Assembly: GCA_018716405.1 (NCBI GenBank) | Contig: DVJX01000056.1 | Coordinates: 1 to 55,012 of the forward strand | Direction: 5' to 3' | DNA length: 55,012 nucleotides | From: Candidatus Faecisoma merdavium | Lineage (GTDB): Bacteria; Bacillota_I; Bacilli_A; RF39; UBA660 | Part shown: positions 1 through 9,351 of the stretch, one piece after another | Position numbering within the stretch: the first letter of the stretch is position 1 | Layout of the letters: the number at the start of each line of letters is the position of its first letter | Position numbers and translations under genes: made by a program | The notes under the pieces: generated by a model | The model's database searches: none | Told to the model about the DNA's origin: nothing | The model's input: the letters and a program-made list of their open reading frames with translations, nothing else

Positions 1-454
1 AGAAGTTAAAAAAATATATAAAGATGCTACTCACTATTGTTATGCCTATATCTTGGATAATTTTGAAAAAGCAAGTGATGATGGTGAGCCATCTGGTACA
101 GCTGGCCTTCCTATTTTAAATGTTTTGAAAAAAGAAAATTTAAATCATGTATTATGTATTGTTATAAGATATTTTGGTGGTATTAAATTAGGTGCTGGTG
201 GACTAATAAGAGCTTATTCTAATGCTACTAAAGAAAGTATTATCACAAAAAAATATAATAAAGGCTACTTAATTAAAGTAGATATAACTTATAACAATAT
301 TAAACAAATTGAATATCAATTAAATAATAGCATTATAATTGAAAAAAATTTCAATGAAAATCCTTATTATGTTGTTAAAATAACTAAAGAAGAATTAAAT
401 AAATTAAAAATAAAATATAATATAATTAAAGAAATATATGTGGAGGAATTATGA
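1..454 (+). CDS. YigZ/IMPACT-family protein, 5' partial (frame is open from the window edge)
   Basis: Translation contains GEPSGTAGLPIL...RYFGGIKLGAGGLIRAY, typical of UPF0029/YigZ. The listed TTG at 53 is internal, because the frame continues upstream to nt 1. The stop overlaps the next start (ATGA). Confidence 0.8.
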   Translation, partial: EVKKIYKDATHYCYAYILDNFEKASDDGEPSGTAGLPILNVLKKENLNHVLCIVIRYFGGIKLGAGGLIRAYSNATKESIITKKYNKGYLIKVDITYNNIKQIEYQLNNSIIIEKNFNENPYYVVKITKEELNKLKIKYNIIKEIYVEEL

Positions 455-1632
455 AATATTTAATAATTTTTTTATTTTTATTAATACCAATTAATATCAA
501 TGCTTTAGAAATAAATTCTAGCCATGCAATTTTATATAACATGAATGAAAATACTGTTTTATTTGAAAAAGAGGCAGATACTAGAACTTATATAGCTAGT
601 TTAACTAAAATAATGACTACCATAGTAGCAATCGAAAATATTGATGACATAAATGAATATGTTACTATTCCTTATGAAGCTTTAGAAGGATTAATTGAAG
701 CTAATGCATCTGTTGCAGGATTTAAATTAGGTCAAATTGTAACATATAAAGATCTATTATATGGAATTCTACTTCCATCAGGAGCTGATGCAGCAAAAAC
801 CGTAGCCTATTATATAGCAGGAAGTGAAGAGAAATTTGTTGATTTAATGAATGAAAAAGCTGAAAATTTAGGATTAACTAATACCCATTTTGCTAACACA
901 TCAGGATTAGATACTGATAATCATTATTCAACAGTAAGAGATATAAGTATTATTTTAAAATATGCATTACAAAATGAAACATTTAAAGAAATATATACAA
1001 CTAATACATATACTACAAGTGATAATTCATTGACTTTTAAAAGTGTTTATTCTAATTATTTAAATAGATATGATTTAGAAAATAAATATATTTATGGTTC
1101 AAAAACAGGTTATACTACCCTTGCAGGTTATTGCTTGTCAACAATAGCAAATTATGATGGTGTAGAATATATGTTGATAACAACTAATGCTGATGGAACA
1201 AGCAATTATCCCCTACATATTATGGATGCTAATATGATATATGACTATTTCATAAATAACTACCATTATTTAAATATCATAAATAAAGATGATTTGCTAA
1301 TAACATTAGACACAAAAAATAGTAAAGAAGATAAATTAGAAATAAAATCTAATGAAACAATTTCTAAATATTTAAACAAAAATATTACCAATAAAGATTT
1401 ATCATTTGAATATAATGGATTAAATGAAATAGACTATTTTACTAAAAAAGGACAAATAGGTACTTTAAATATTAAATTAAATAATGAAACATTAGAAATA
1501 ATTCCAATAATGTATAATGGTGGATTAACATTTTCTTTTATTAGTTTATATCTTGATAATCTTATCATATCATTACCGATTACACTTCTTATATTAGTAT
1601 TAATATTAAAATTAAGACCTAAAAAATCTTAA
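451..1632 (+). CDS. Serine-type D-Ala-D-Ala carboxypeptidase (peptidase S11, PBP5-like) with a C-terminal membrane anchor
   Basis: N-terminal signal peptide, SxxK motif (SLTK), KTG motif (GSKTGYT) and a hydrophobic C-terminus. Confidence 0.8.
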   Translation: MKYLIIFLFLLIPININALEINSSHAILYNMNENTVLFEKEADTRTYIASLTKIMTTIVAIENIDDINEYVTIPYEALEGLIEANASVAGFKLGQIVTYKDLLYGILLPSGADAAKTVAYYIAGSEEKFVDLMNEKAENLGLTNTHFANTSGLDTDNHYSTVRDISIILKYALQNETFKEIYTTNTYTTSDNSLTFKSVYSNYLNRYDLENKYIYGSKTGYTTLAGYCLSTIANYDGVEYMLITTNADGTSNYPLHIMDANMIYDYFINNYHYLNIINKDDLLITLDTKNSKEDKLEIKSNETISKYLNKNITNKDLSFEYNGLNEIDYFTKKGQIGTLNIKLNNETLEIIPIMYNGGLTFSFISLYLDNLIISLPITLLILVLILKLRPKKS

Positions 1633-1652
1633 TTTTTTATAATTTAAATTAA

Positions 1653-1675
1653 CAAAAAAAGTGCTTATTAAGCAC
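1653..1675 (-). terminator. Rho-independent terminator after tsf
   Basis: Hairpin GTGCTT-att-AAGCAC at 1661-1675 overlaps the tsf stop. It is followed on the minus strand by a 7-nt U-run (A-run 1654-1660 on plus). Confidence 0.5.
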
Positions 1676-2540
1676 CCATTTGTTTTGCAACTTCGCTAGC
1701 GAAATCTTCTTCTTTCTTTTCCATTCCTTCGCCAACTTCAAATCTAACCATATTATCAATAGTACCACCATTATTTTTAACATAAGTTAAAACATTAATA
1801 CTATCATCTTTAACGAAAGATTGTTCTTCTAAACATGATTCTTGATAGAATTTTAACAATCTACCTTCAACCATTTTTTCAGCTATATTAGCAGGTTTAC
1901 CTTCGTTCATAGCTTGTTCTTTTAATATTTCTCTTTCTTTGTCAACTACTTCTTTAGCTAATTCATCTCTTCTTACAACTGTAGGTCTCATAGCTGCAGC
2001 ATGCATAGCAACATCTTTAGCTACTTCTTCACTAGTATTAGATAAAGTTACTAATACAGCAATTTTACCTCCCATATGTAAATAAGATCCAAATACTTGA
2101 TTATCATTTTTAGTTAATTTAGTAAATCTTCTAAAAGATAGTTTTTCACCAATTTTAGCAGTCTTATTAACAATTAAATCTTCGATAGTTTCACCATCTA
2201 CATTTAATTTTAAAACATCTTCATTAGTTTCAACATCATTATTAATAATAGCTTTTAAAATTGTATCTACTAATGATTTAAATTCTTCATTTTTAGCAAC
2301 AAAGTCTGTTTCTGAATTAACTTCAACGATAACAGCTTTATTACCATCTATTAAAGTAGCAGCTAAACCTTCAGCAGCAATTCTATCTGCTTTTTTAGCG
2401 GCTTTACTAATTCCTTTTTCTCTTAACCAGTTGATAGCTTCATCTATAGAGCCATTTGTGGCTTCTAAGGCTTTTTTACAATCAAGCATACCAGCACCAG
2501 TTGCTTCTCTTAATTCTTTTACTAAACTAGCACTTATCAT
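1668..2540 (-). CDS. tsf: Translation elongation factor Ts
   Basis: N-terminal UBA-like motif ISASLVKELREATGAGMLDCKKAL, the usual length, and the conserved position downstream of rpsB. Confidence 0.95.
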   Translation of the reverse strand: MISASLVKELREATGAGMLDCKKALEATNGSIDEAINWLREKGISKAAKKADRIAAEGLAATLIDGNKAVIVEVNSETDFVAKNEEFKSLVDTILKAIINNDVETNEDVLKLNVDGETIEDLIVNKTAKIGEKLSFRRFTKLTKNDNQVFGSYLHMGGKIAVLVTLSNTSEEVAKDVAMHAAAMRPTVVRRDELAKEVVDKEREILKEQAMNEGKPANIAEKMVEGRLLKFYQESCLEEQSFVKDDSINVLTYVKNNGGTIDNMVRFEVGEGMEKKEEDFASEVAKQMGA

Positions 2541-2552
2541 TATTATCTCTCC

Positions 2553-3545
2553 TTATTTCAAAGCTTCTAATAATTCAGCTTTTTTCATAGTTGAATAACC
2601 TTTAACTTCTTTTTCTTTTGCTAAATCTCTTAATTCAGCTACAGTCATAGAATTTAAATCAACTGTTTCTTCAACTTCTTTTTCAGCTTTTAATTCTTTT
2701 TCTACTTTTACTTCTTCTTTTTTGAAATCTTTTTTAAATGATTTTTTAAATGGCTTGTTTTCTTTTCTTGGTCTTTCATCTCTTTTTTTAACAGTCTCTA
2801 AAGCTTTTTGCATTACTTCATTAGCATTTTCTTCTTTTTTATCATTAGCATAGTTGATTATTTCTCCACCATTTGCTTCGATAACAGCATTAGCCATAAC
2901 ACTTGTAATTAATTTTACAGCTCTTATTGCATCATCATTAGCAGGTATTACATAATCAACCATATCAGGATCACAATTAGTATCAACAATTCCAAATACT
3001 GGAATATTTAATTTTCTTGCTTCTCTTATAGCAATTTCTTCTTTAGAAGGGTCTACAATGTATAAAGCTTGAGGTAATTTAGTCATTTCTCTAATACCAC
3101 ATAATAAGTTATCTAATTTAGCATATTCTTTCTTTAATCCGATAACTTCTTTTTTAGGTAATAAATCAAATGTTCCGTCAGCTTCCATTTTTTCAATTTC
3201 TTCTAATCTTCTAATTCTTCTTCTAATTGTTTTGAAATTAGTTAAAGTTCCACCTAACCATCTTTCAGTTACATAATAAGAATTTGATCTAATTGCTTCT
3301 TCTTTAATAGCTTCTTGAGCTTGTTTTCTAGTACCTACAAATAAAACTTTTCCACCATTTGCTACGATTTCCTTTAAAGCTACATAAGCTTCATCAATTT
3401 TTTTAGCTGTTTTTTGTAAATCGATAATATAGATTTCATCTCTAGAAGTATAGATGTATTCCTTCATTTTAGGATTCCATCTTTTTGTTTGATGTCCGAA
3501 GTGAACACCAGCTTCAAGTAAATAACTCATTGACACAACTGCCAT
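2553..3545 (-). CDS. rpsB: 30S ribosomal protein S2 with a ~100-aa C-terminal extension
   Basis: S2 core ([19 protein letters not shown]...). The 330 aa length exceeds the usual ~240-260. The tail is K/E-rich and ends in a Rho_N/SAP-like motif [31 protein letters not shown]. Confidence 0.95.
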   Translation of the reverse strand: MAVVSMSYLLEAGVHFGHQTKRWNPKMKEYIYTSRDEIYIIDLQKTAKKIDEAYVALKEIVANGGKVLFVGTRKQAQEAIKEEAIRSNSYYVTERWLGGTLTNFKTIRRRIRRLEEIEKMEADGTFDLLPKKEVIGLKKEYAKLDNLLCGIREMTKLPQALYIVDPSKEEIAIREARKLNIPVFGIVDTNCDPDMVDYVIPANDDAIRAVKLITSVMANAVIEANGGEIINYANDKKEENANEVMQKALETVKKRDERPRKENKPFKKSFKKDFKKEEVKVEKELKAEKEVEETVDLNSMTVAELRDLAKEKEVKGYSTMKKAELLEALK

Positions 3546-3774
3546 TTTTAATTCCTCCTTTTGTTATTACTTCGAGATATTTCAAAATTACACCACTTAT
3601 AAAAGCACTAGGCATAAAAATCCATATCTGTGTATATTTACATTTTCTATAATAGCAATCCCCGAATGTAGACGGTTTAAAAAAGCCATTAATATTATAT
3701 CATAAAGTTTTTAAAAATAAACATATTTTTTTAAATTTATTAATATAATTTTAATAGATTATGGAGGAATTATA

Positions 3775-4263
3775 ATGATAAATAAAAAAAGTATATGGTT
3801 TTTAACTTTATTTAGTCTTATTTTAGTATTAAGTGTTTATTATATTACTATGCCAAGTGAATTACTAATTAGTACAAACGGAAATTATACGGAAGAAGAA
3901 CCTACTACTAATATAACTGAAAGTACTGTTTTAGTGGCATTAAGATTAGAAGCTGAAGAGGAATTATTAAAAGAGATGGAAAATCTACAATTAATATTAA
4001 ATGGGGATGGAACAATTGAAGAAAAAAATGAAGCTTTTGATAAAATGAAACAACTAAATAAAAACAAAGGTGAAGAAGAAAAATTAGAAAACAAAATTAA
4101 AGAAGTACACAATTTAGAAAGCTTTGTTAAAATTAAAAATAATCAAATTGAAATTACTGTTAAAAAAGATGAATTTGATTCTTCCTTAGCAAACAATATT
4201 ATGAGAACAATTCAAGAATTATATGAAGAAGAAAAATATATAACAGTTAAATTTGTAAAATAG
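3775..4263 (+). CDS. SpoIIIAH-like membrane protein
   Basis: The N-terminal TM KSIWFLTLFSLILVLSVYYI closely resembles the Bacillus SpoIIIAH N-terminus as I recall it. The rest is coiled/charged, with a C-terminal ITVK motif. No other spoIIIA genes are adjacent. Confidence 0.55.
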   Translation: MINKKSIWFLTLFSLILVLSVYYITMPSELLISTNGNYTEEEPTTNITESTVLVALRLEAEEELLKEMENLQLILNGDGTIEEKNEAFDKMKQLNKNKGEEEKLENKIKEVHNLESFVKIKNNQIEITVKKDEFDSSLANNIMRTIQELYEEEKYITVKFVK

Positions 4264-4343
4264 GCTTTTTCTCTCACTTATTTTTTTAAGGTACATAGAA
4301 TAATATGAAGAACTATAAACCACCTTAAGGAAGTGAGGAAAAT

Positions 4344-4550
4344 ATGTCTAAAAGTGTTCTAACAAAAAGGGAAAAACAAGTTTTTGATTTATTAATATTA
4401 AACAATACAACACACCAAATAGCTACCAAATTAAAAATAAGCGAAAAAACTGTTAGAAATCACATTTCTAATGTTATGCAAAAACTTGGTGTCAAAGGGC
4501 GTGCCGGTGCAGTTATAGAACTTTTAAAATTAAAGGAAATTTCATTGTAA
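4344..4550 (+). CDS. gerE: GerE-type LuxR-family HTH transcription regulator
   Basis: 68 aa. LTKREKQVFDLL...ISEKTVRNHISNVMQKLGVKGRAGAVIELL is near-collinear with Bacillus GerE. Confidence 0.8.
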   Translation: MSKSVLTKREKQVFDLLILNNTTHQIATKLKISEKTVRNHISNVMQKLGVKGRAGAVIELLKLKEISL

Positions 4551-4597
4551 AAAGGTATATAAAACCTTTTTTTTCATACTATTTATTAGGTGATTGT

Positions 4598-5548
4598 ATG
4601 CTAAAGAAAAAAATGATTAGAAAAATCATTGTTTCCACTTCTGCTCTATTTGCTTTATTTTTGATTTATATGATACCAAATGAGAAATTAGATATCAAAC
4701 AAAATTTAGAATACGTTAATTTAGAAGTTGTAACAAATACAATTTATTTATTAGATGATGATAATTATTTAGGAAAAACTGATGTCGTTGTTAATAGTAC
4801 GTCAATTGAAGATAAAGTAAAAGAACTAGTTGAAGTGCTAATTAGTGGTGGTGAGGGTGAAAATAAAATTCCTAGTGGTTTTAAATCAATATTACCAAGT
4901 GAAACTAAAATTTTAAGTGTTAAATATGAAAATAATTTAATTAAAATAGATTTTTCAAAAGATTTACTAAATATAAATAAAGATTTGGAAGAAAAAATGA
5001 TTGAAGCTTTAATTTATACAATAACTTCTATTGAGGATGTTGAAAAAGTAATAATATATGTTGAAGGAAATGTATTAAGTAAATTGCCTCAAACGAATAT
5101 AACATTACCCAGCACATTGGATAGAAATTTTGGAATTAACAAGACATATGATTTTACTTCTACTAAAGATTTAAATCAAGTCACAATATATTATTTAAAC
5201 AAACATAATGACAATTATTATTATGTTCCTGTAACCAAATATTTAAATGACAATAGAGATAAGATAAAAATCATTATTGATGAACTAACAAGTACAAATA
5301 CCTATAATACTAATTTGTTAAGTTATTTAAATAGCAATACTGAAATATTAGCAATAGAAGAACAACCAGATATTTTAGAACTTACTTTCAATTCTTATAT
5401 ATTTTCTGATGTTGATAATAAAGATATTTTAGAAGAAGTCGTTTATACAATTTGTTTATCAGTTAAAGATAATTATGATGTAGATGAAGTTGTCATTAAA
5501 AGTGAGGATGAAGAAATATTAAAGACAGTTTTAAAAGAAATAAAATAA
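4598..5548 (+). CDS. gerM: GerMN-domain (germination protein M-like) protein
   Basis: N-terminal TM/signal sequence followed by two GerMN-like repeats (IKIDFSKDLL..., ILELTFNSYI...). Located next to gerE. Confidence 0.65.
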   Translation: MLKKKMIRKIIVSTSALFALFLIYMIPNEKLDIKQNLEYVNLEVVTNTIYLLDDDNYLGKTDVVVNSTSIEDKVKELVEVLISGGEGENKIPSGFKSILPSETKILSVKYENNLIKIDFSKDLLNINKDLEEKMIEALIYTITSIEDVEKVIIYVEGNVLSKLPQTNITLPSTLDRNFGINKTYDFTSTKDLNQVTIYYLNKHNDNYYYVPVTKYLNDNRDKIKIIIDELTSTNTYNTNLLSYLNSNTEILAIEEQPDILELTFNSYIFSDVDNKDILEEVVYTICLSVKDNYDVDEVVIKSEDEEILKTVLKEIK

Positions 5549-5560
5549 CTCAAATTCGAG

Positions 5561-5770
5561 TTATTTTTCGTCTATATTTTTCTTTACTTCTATTTCTTTA
5601 GCATCAATCATTCCTTCAACAAATTCATATGCTATATTAGCAACAGCAATTACCGATAAAGCAATTAATTTAATTATTTCGTTATTATTATTGCTAAATA
5701 ATGTAGCTATAGCAATAATATTTGTTAATAAAGTAATTAAAAATTTTCTAGATTTCATTTTTTCTATCAT
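5561..5770 (-). CDS. Small two-TM membrane protein, unknown function
   Basis: 69 aa with two hydrophobic segments and a charged C-terminus. No family recognised. Confidence 0.4.
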   Translation of the reverse strand: MIEKMKSRKFLITLLTNIIAIATLFSNNNNEIIKLIALSVIAVANIAYEFVEGMIDAKEIEVKKNIDEK

Positions 5771-5829
5771 CTTGTAACCTCCTAAAGTATTTTATGTAAT
5801 CTCATAAAAATCAAATTGTATTATAATAC

Positions 5830-5853
5830 AAAAAAACTCGATTAATATCGAGT
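5830..5853 (-). terminator. Terminator after tRNA-Arg
   Basis: Hairpin ACTCGAT-taat-ATCGAGT at 5836-5853, followed on the minus strand by a U-run. Confidence 0.5.
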
Positions 5854-5864
5854 CATAATCTTAA

Positions 5865-5941
5865 TGGTGTCCCAGAAGGGATTCGAACCCCTGACCGCTG
5901 CCTTAGAAGGGCATTGCTCTATCCAACTGAGCTACTGAGAC
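5865..5941 (-). tRNA. tRNA-Arg (anticodon UCU)
   Basis: The reverse complement folds by hand into a cloverleaf. Acceptor GUCUCAG/CUGGGAC, anticodon loop CU-UCU-AA, T-loop GGTTCGAATCC, encoded CCA. Length 77 nt. Confidence 0.95.
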
Positions 5942-5954
5942 AAGCAACGATTTA

Positions 5955-5983
5955 ATTATACAATATATTTTTTATATTTTCAA
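5955..5983 (-). promoter_or_regulatory. Sigma-A-type promoter for tRNA-Arg
   Basis: On the minus strand: TTGAAA, a 17-nt spacer, then TATAAT, about 14 nt upstream of the mature tRNA 5' end. Confidence 0.55.
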
Positions 5984-6042
5984 GTACTTTTGTTTATTTT
6001 TTTATAAATAATTGATATAATTAATTAAAGAAAGGTGATATT

Positions 6043-6894
6043 TTGAAAAAAATTAAAAAAGCGGTAATTCCTGTAGCTGGTATGGGAACAAGATTTTTAC
6101 CAGTAACTAAATCTGTTGCAAAAGAAATGCTTCCAATCATTGACAAGCCAACAATTCAATACATTGTTGAAGAATGTGTCAATAGCGGAATCGAAGAAAT
6201 ATTATTTATAACAAGTCCATACAAAAGAAATGTTGAAGATCATTTTGATCAAAGTTTTGAGTTAGAAACAAGACTAGAAAAAAACAATAAACTAAAGGAA
6301 CTACAAATAGTTAAAAACATATCAAAAATGTGTAAAATATATTATACAAGACAAGGAGAACCATTAGGTAGTGGTCATGCTATTAGATTAGCTAAATCAT
6401 TTATTGGCGATGAACCATTTGCTGTTTTATATGGTGATGATTTAATGAAATATGAAACACCAGTTTTAAAACAATTAATTGATATTTATGAAAAAAATAA
6501 TTGTAATGTAATTGGTGTCCAAGAAGTTGATAAAAACTTAGTTTATAAATATGGAATAATTGAATTTGAAGATGGCGATAAAATTAAGAGTATTGTTGAA
6601 AAACCCAGTATTGAAGAAGCCCCAAGTAATTTTGCTGGTTTAGGAAGATATATAGTTAAACCAGAAATATTTGATGAACTTGAAAAATTAGATAAAGGAA
6701 AAGGAAATGAATACCAATTTACTGATGGTATGTTAAACTTAATGAAAAAACAAGATTTTTATGCTTGTAAATTTAAAGGAACATATTTTGATATTGGTAA
6801 TCAATTAGGTTATTTAAAAGCAAATATTGCTTTTGCTCTAGAAAGAGAAGATTTAAAAGATGAATTAAAACAATATTTAAAGGAGATCATTTGA
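6043..6894 (+). CDS. galU: UTP--glucose-1-phosphate uridylyltransferase
   Basis: KAVIPVAGMGTRFLPVTK nucleotidyltransferase motif and typical length. TTG start with an upstream AAAGGTGA. Confidence 0.9.
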   Translation: MKKIKKAVIPVAGMGTRFLPVTKSVAKEMLPIIDKPTIQYIVEECVNSGIEEILFITSPYKRNVEDHFDQSFELETRLEKNNKLKELQIVKNISKMCKIYYTRQGEPLGSGHAIRLAKSFIGDEPFAVLYGDDLMKYETPVLKQLIDIYEKNNCNVIGVQEVDKNLVYKYGIIEFEDGDKIKSIVEKPSIEEAPSNFAGLGRYIVKPEIFDELEKLDKGKGNEYQFTDGMLNLMKKQDFYACKFKGTYFDIGNQLGYLKANIAFALEREDLKDELKQYLKEII

Positions 6895-6901
6895 TCTCCT
6901 T
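6880..6901. terminator. Shared hairpin at the convergent ends of galU and thrS
   Basis: AAGGAGAT-catttg-ATCTCCTT spans both stop codons. A T-run follows on the plus strand. Confidence 0.5.
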
Positions 6902-8632
6902 TTTAATTAAATTAATAAATTCATCAATTGAAACACTAATAGTTTCATTGCTACCATGTTTTCTATAACTGATAGTATTATTGTCAACTTCTTTTTGACC
7001 TAAAATTAAAGTATATGGATATTTTTTAACAACACTTTCTCTCATCCTATATCCAACTTTTTCTTCTCTATCATCTAAATTAACTCTAAAATCATTTTCT
7101 AATAATAAGTCATATATTTTTTTAGAATATTCTAAATGATACTCATTATTAACTGGTATTACATTTATTTGAACTGGGGCTAACCAAGTTGGAAAACATC
7201 CTTTTGTTTCTTCCATAATAAATGCTGTAAATCTATCAAATGTACCAAATATAGCTCTATGAATAACTACAGGAACTTGTTTTTCTCCTTTATTGTCAAT
7301 ATAAGATAAATCAAATCTTCGAGGTAATAAAAAGTCTAATTGGCATGTTGACAAAGTTACTTCAGGACCTACTGCTGGTTTTACTTCAACATCTAATTTA
7401 GGACCATAAAAAGCAGCTTCTCCTATTGCTTCAAAATAAGGTATATTTAATTCATTTAATACTTCCCTTAATTTATTTTCAGCATTATTCCACATTTCAT
7501 CATCATCAAAATATTTTTCTTTATCTTCCTTATCTCTTAATGATAATCTAAATTTGTAATCTTTGATACCAAAATCTTTATAAACTTCCAAAATCAAATT
7601 TACAACTTGTTTAAATTCTTGCTTTATTTGTTCTGGTGTTACAAATAGATGGGCATCATTTTGACACATGCATCTTACTCTTTCTAATCCCTTTACAGCA
7701 CCAGATGCTTCATATCTAAAATCAGTTGCAAATTCACCTATTCTAATAGGCAAATCACGATATGAATGTAACTTATTTTTATATACTAACATATGATGTG
7801 GACAATTCATTGGCCTTAAAACAAATTCTTCATCGTCTACTTTCATCATTGGAAACATATTTTCTTTATAATGATCCCAATGTCCACTTGTTTTATATAA
7901 ATCAACTGTACCTACACAAGGAGTGTATACATGATTGTAACCTAATTTTCTTTCTTTAGCATAAATGTAATTTTCTAATTGTTTTCTAACAACTGCACCA
8001 TTAGGTAACCAAAGTGGCATACCAGCTCCAACCAAATCATGATTCATATAAATCTCTTGTTCTTTACCTATTTTTCTGTGATCTCTTTGTTTGGATTCTT
8101 CAATATAATTTAAATATTCAGTTAAATCTTCTTCATTATCAAAACAAACGCCATATATTCTTTGTAACATTTTGTTTTTAGAATCACCTTTAAAATAAGC
8201 TCCACTAACTTTAAGTAATTTAAAATATTTTAATTGTTTAACTGATTCAACATGTGGTCCACGACAAAGATCAGTAAAATCACCTTGTGTATAGCAAGAG
8301 ATAATTGTATTATCATCCATATTATTAATTAAATCTATTTTGTATGGATCATTTTTAAACTTTTCTAAAGCTTCTTCTCTACTTAACTCTTCACGATATA
8401 TTCTTTTTCCATCTTTAGAAATCTTTTTCATTTCTTTTTCAATTTTTTCTAAATCACTGTCTTTAATAACATCTTCACCTAAATCAATATCATAATAAAA
8501 ACCTTCTTCTATTACTGGTCCTACCCAAAATAAAGCTTTTGGATATAAATGTTTTACTGCTTGCGCTAAAAGATGAGCACAACTATGATTCATTACATTT
8601 AATTTTTCATTTTCTTTAATATTTCTTAACAT
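6887..8632 (-). CDS. thrS: Threonine--tRNA ligase lacking the N-terminal TGS domain
   Basis: Begins directly in the editing/second-additional domain (HSCAHLLAQAVKHLYP...GPVIEEGFYYD). Class II core motifs are present. Strong SD AGGAGG lies 8 nt before the ATG. 581 aa versus the usual ~640. Confidence 0.95.
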   Translation of the reverse strand: MLRNIKENEKLNVMNHSCAHLLAQAVKHLYPKALFWVGPVIEEGFYYDIDLGEDVIKDSDLEKIEKEMKKISKDGKRIYREELSREEALEKFKNDPYKIDLINNMDDNTIISCYTQGDFTDLCRGPHVESVKQLKYFKLLKVSGAYFKGDSKNKMLQRIYGVCFDNEEDLTEYLNYIEESKQRDHRKIGKEQEIYMNHDLVGAGMPLWLPNGAVVRKQLENYIYAKERKLGYNHVYTPCVGTVDLYKTSGHWDHYKENMFPMMKVDDEEFVLRPMNCPHHMLVYKNKLHSYRDLPIRIGEFATDFRYEASGAVKGLERVRCMCQNDAHLFVTPEQIKQEFKQVVNLILEVYKDFGIKDYKFRLSLRDKEDKEKYFDDDEMWNNAENKLREVLNELNIPYFEAIGEAAFYGPKLDVEVKPAVGPEVTLSTCQLDFLLPRRFDLSYIDNKGEKQVPVVIHRAIFGTFDRFTAFIMEETKGCFPTWLAPVQINVIPVNNEYHLEYSKKIYDLLLENDFRVNLDDREEKVGYRMRESVVKKYPYTLILGQKEVDNNTISYRKHGSNETISVSIDEFINLIKKEIK

Positions 8633-9101
8633 AACTTTTTCCTCCTAATTGTTCAACTTTTGATTTTTTATTTACTTCTTCTAATAAACGAATTGTATCT
8701 TCTATTACTTTTTTTTCAAACAATAATAATTGAATTTTGCTCCACAACGAAATTAATTTACTTAATTGATCGATTCTTTCCTTTTTTAATTCTTTAATTT
8801 GTTCATTAATACTATCTAAATTTTGAATTCTTTTTAATTCTTTTGGATTTATATATGGTGCTACATTATTATAACAATCTATAACCAAAATTATTTTATT
8901 GGTTAGTATTAATTCGATATTACTAGAAGCAAATTCATAAGAAACAGATAAAACATAAGGATTATCAAATCTTTTTAAATCCTTATGAGTTAAACGACGA
9001 CATTTTAATATAACTCCATCGTTTAAATAATTTGTGATGAAATCTTCCATTTTTATAGTATGTCTATTTCTATCAAGCTTTTCCAAATTATTTTTACCCA
9101 T
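8616..9101 (-). CDS. Hypothetical 161-aa protein, first gene behind the T-box leader
   Basis: SD GGGGGAGAAG precedes the ATG. The C-terminal half looks coiled-coil. The ORF overlaps the thrS start by 17 nt. No similarity to the TGS domain is visible. Confidence 0.5.
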   Translation of the reverse strand: MGKNNLEKLDRNRHTIKMEDFITNYLNDGVILKCRRLTHKDLKRFDNPYVLSVSYEFASSNIELILTNKIILVIDCYNNVAPYINPKELKRIQNLDSINEQIKELKKERIDQLSKLISLWSKIQLLLFEKKVIEDTIRLLEEVNKKSKVEQLGGKSYVKKY

Positions 9102-9117
9102 AAACTTCTCCCCCCAA

Positions 9118-9280
9118 AATAAAAAACACTCCTAACATAAAGGAGTGTCATAAACACGGTACCATCCTATTTTGGTCTTAATTAAAATAACGGCTTCAAC
9201 CGGAAATCTCTTTCGAGTTCTACTTATAGGTAGTAACTTTTAAGTATTTTTATTGGTCTTTCATCATCACCAACTCGCTT
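9118..9280 (-). promoter_or_regulatory. T-box leader (Thr specifier candidate) with terminator
   Basis: The minus strand carries the T-box core GGAUGGUACCGUG, then the terminator ACACUCCU-uuauguu-AGGAGUGU plus U6. Upstream are GAUGAUGA (K-turn-like), an AGAGA motif and an ACUACC stretch (Thr codons ACU/ACC). Confidence 0.75.
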
Positions 9281-9351
9281 TAAAAAATATTTTTAAAAGT
9301 CATGTCCTAATCAACGTATTTAAATATATTTTAACATTTTTCTTTTATTTG

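Noticed and set aside
8616-9101. The 161-aa ORF as the detached TGS domain of ThrRS.
   Set aside because: There is no resemblance to the TGS beta-grasp sequence pattern. The ORF is too long and its C-terminal half is predicted to be coiled. It is kept as a hypothetical protein.
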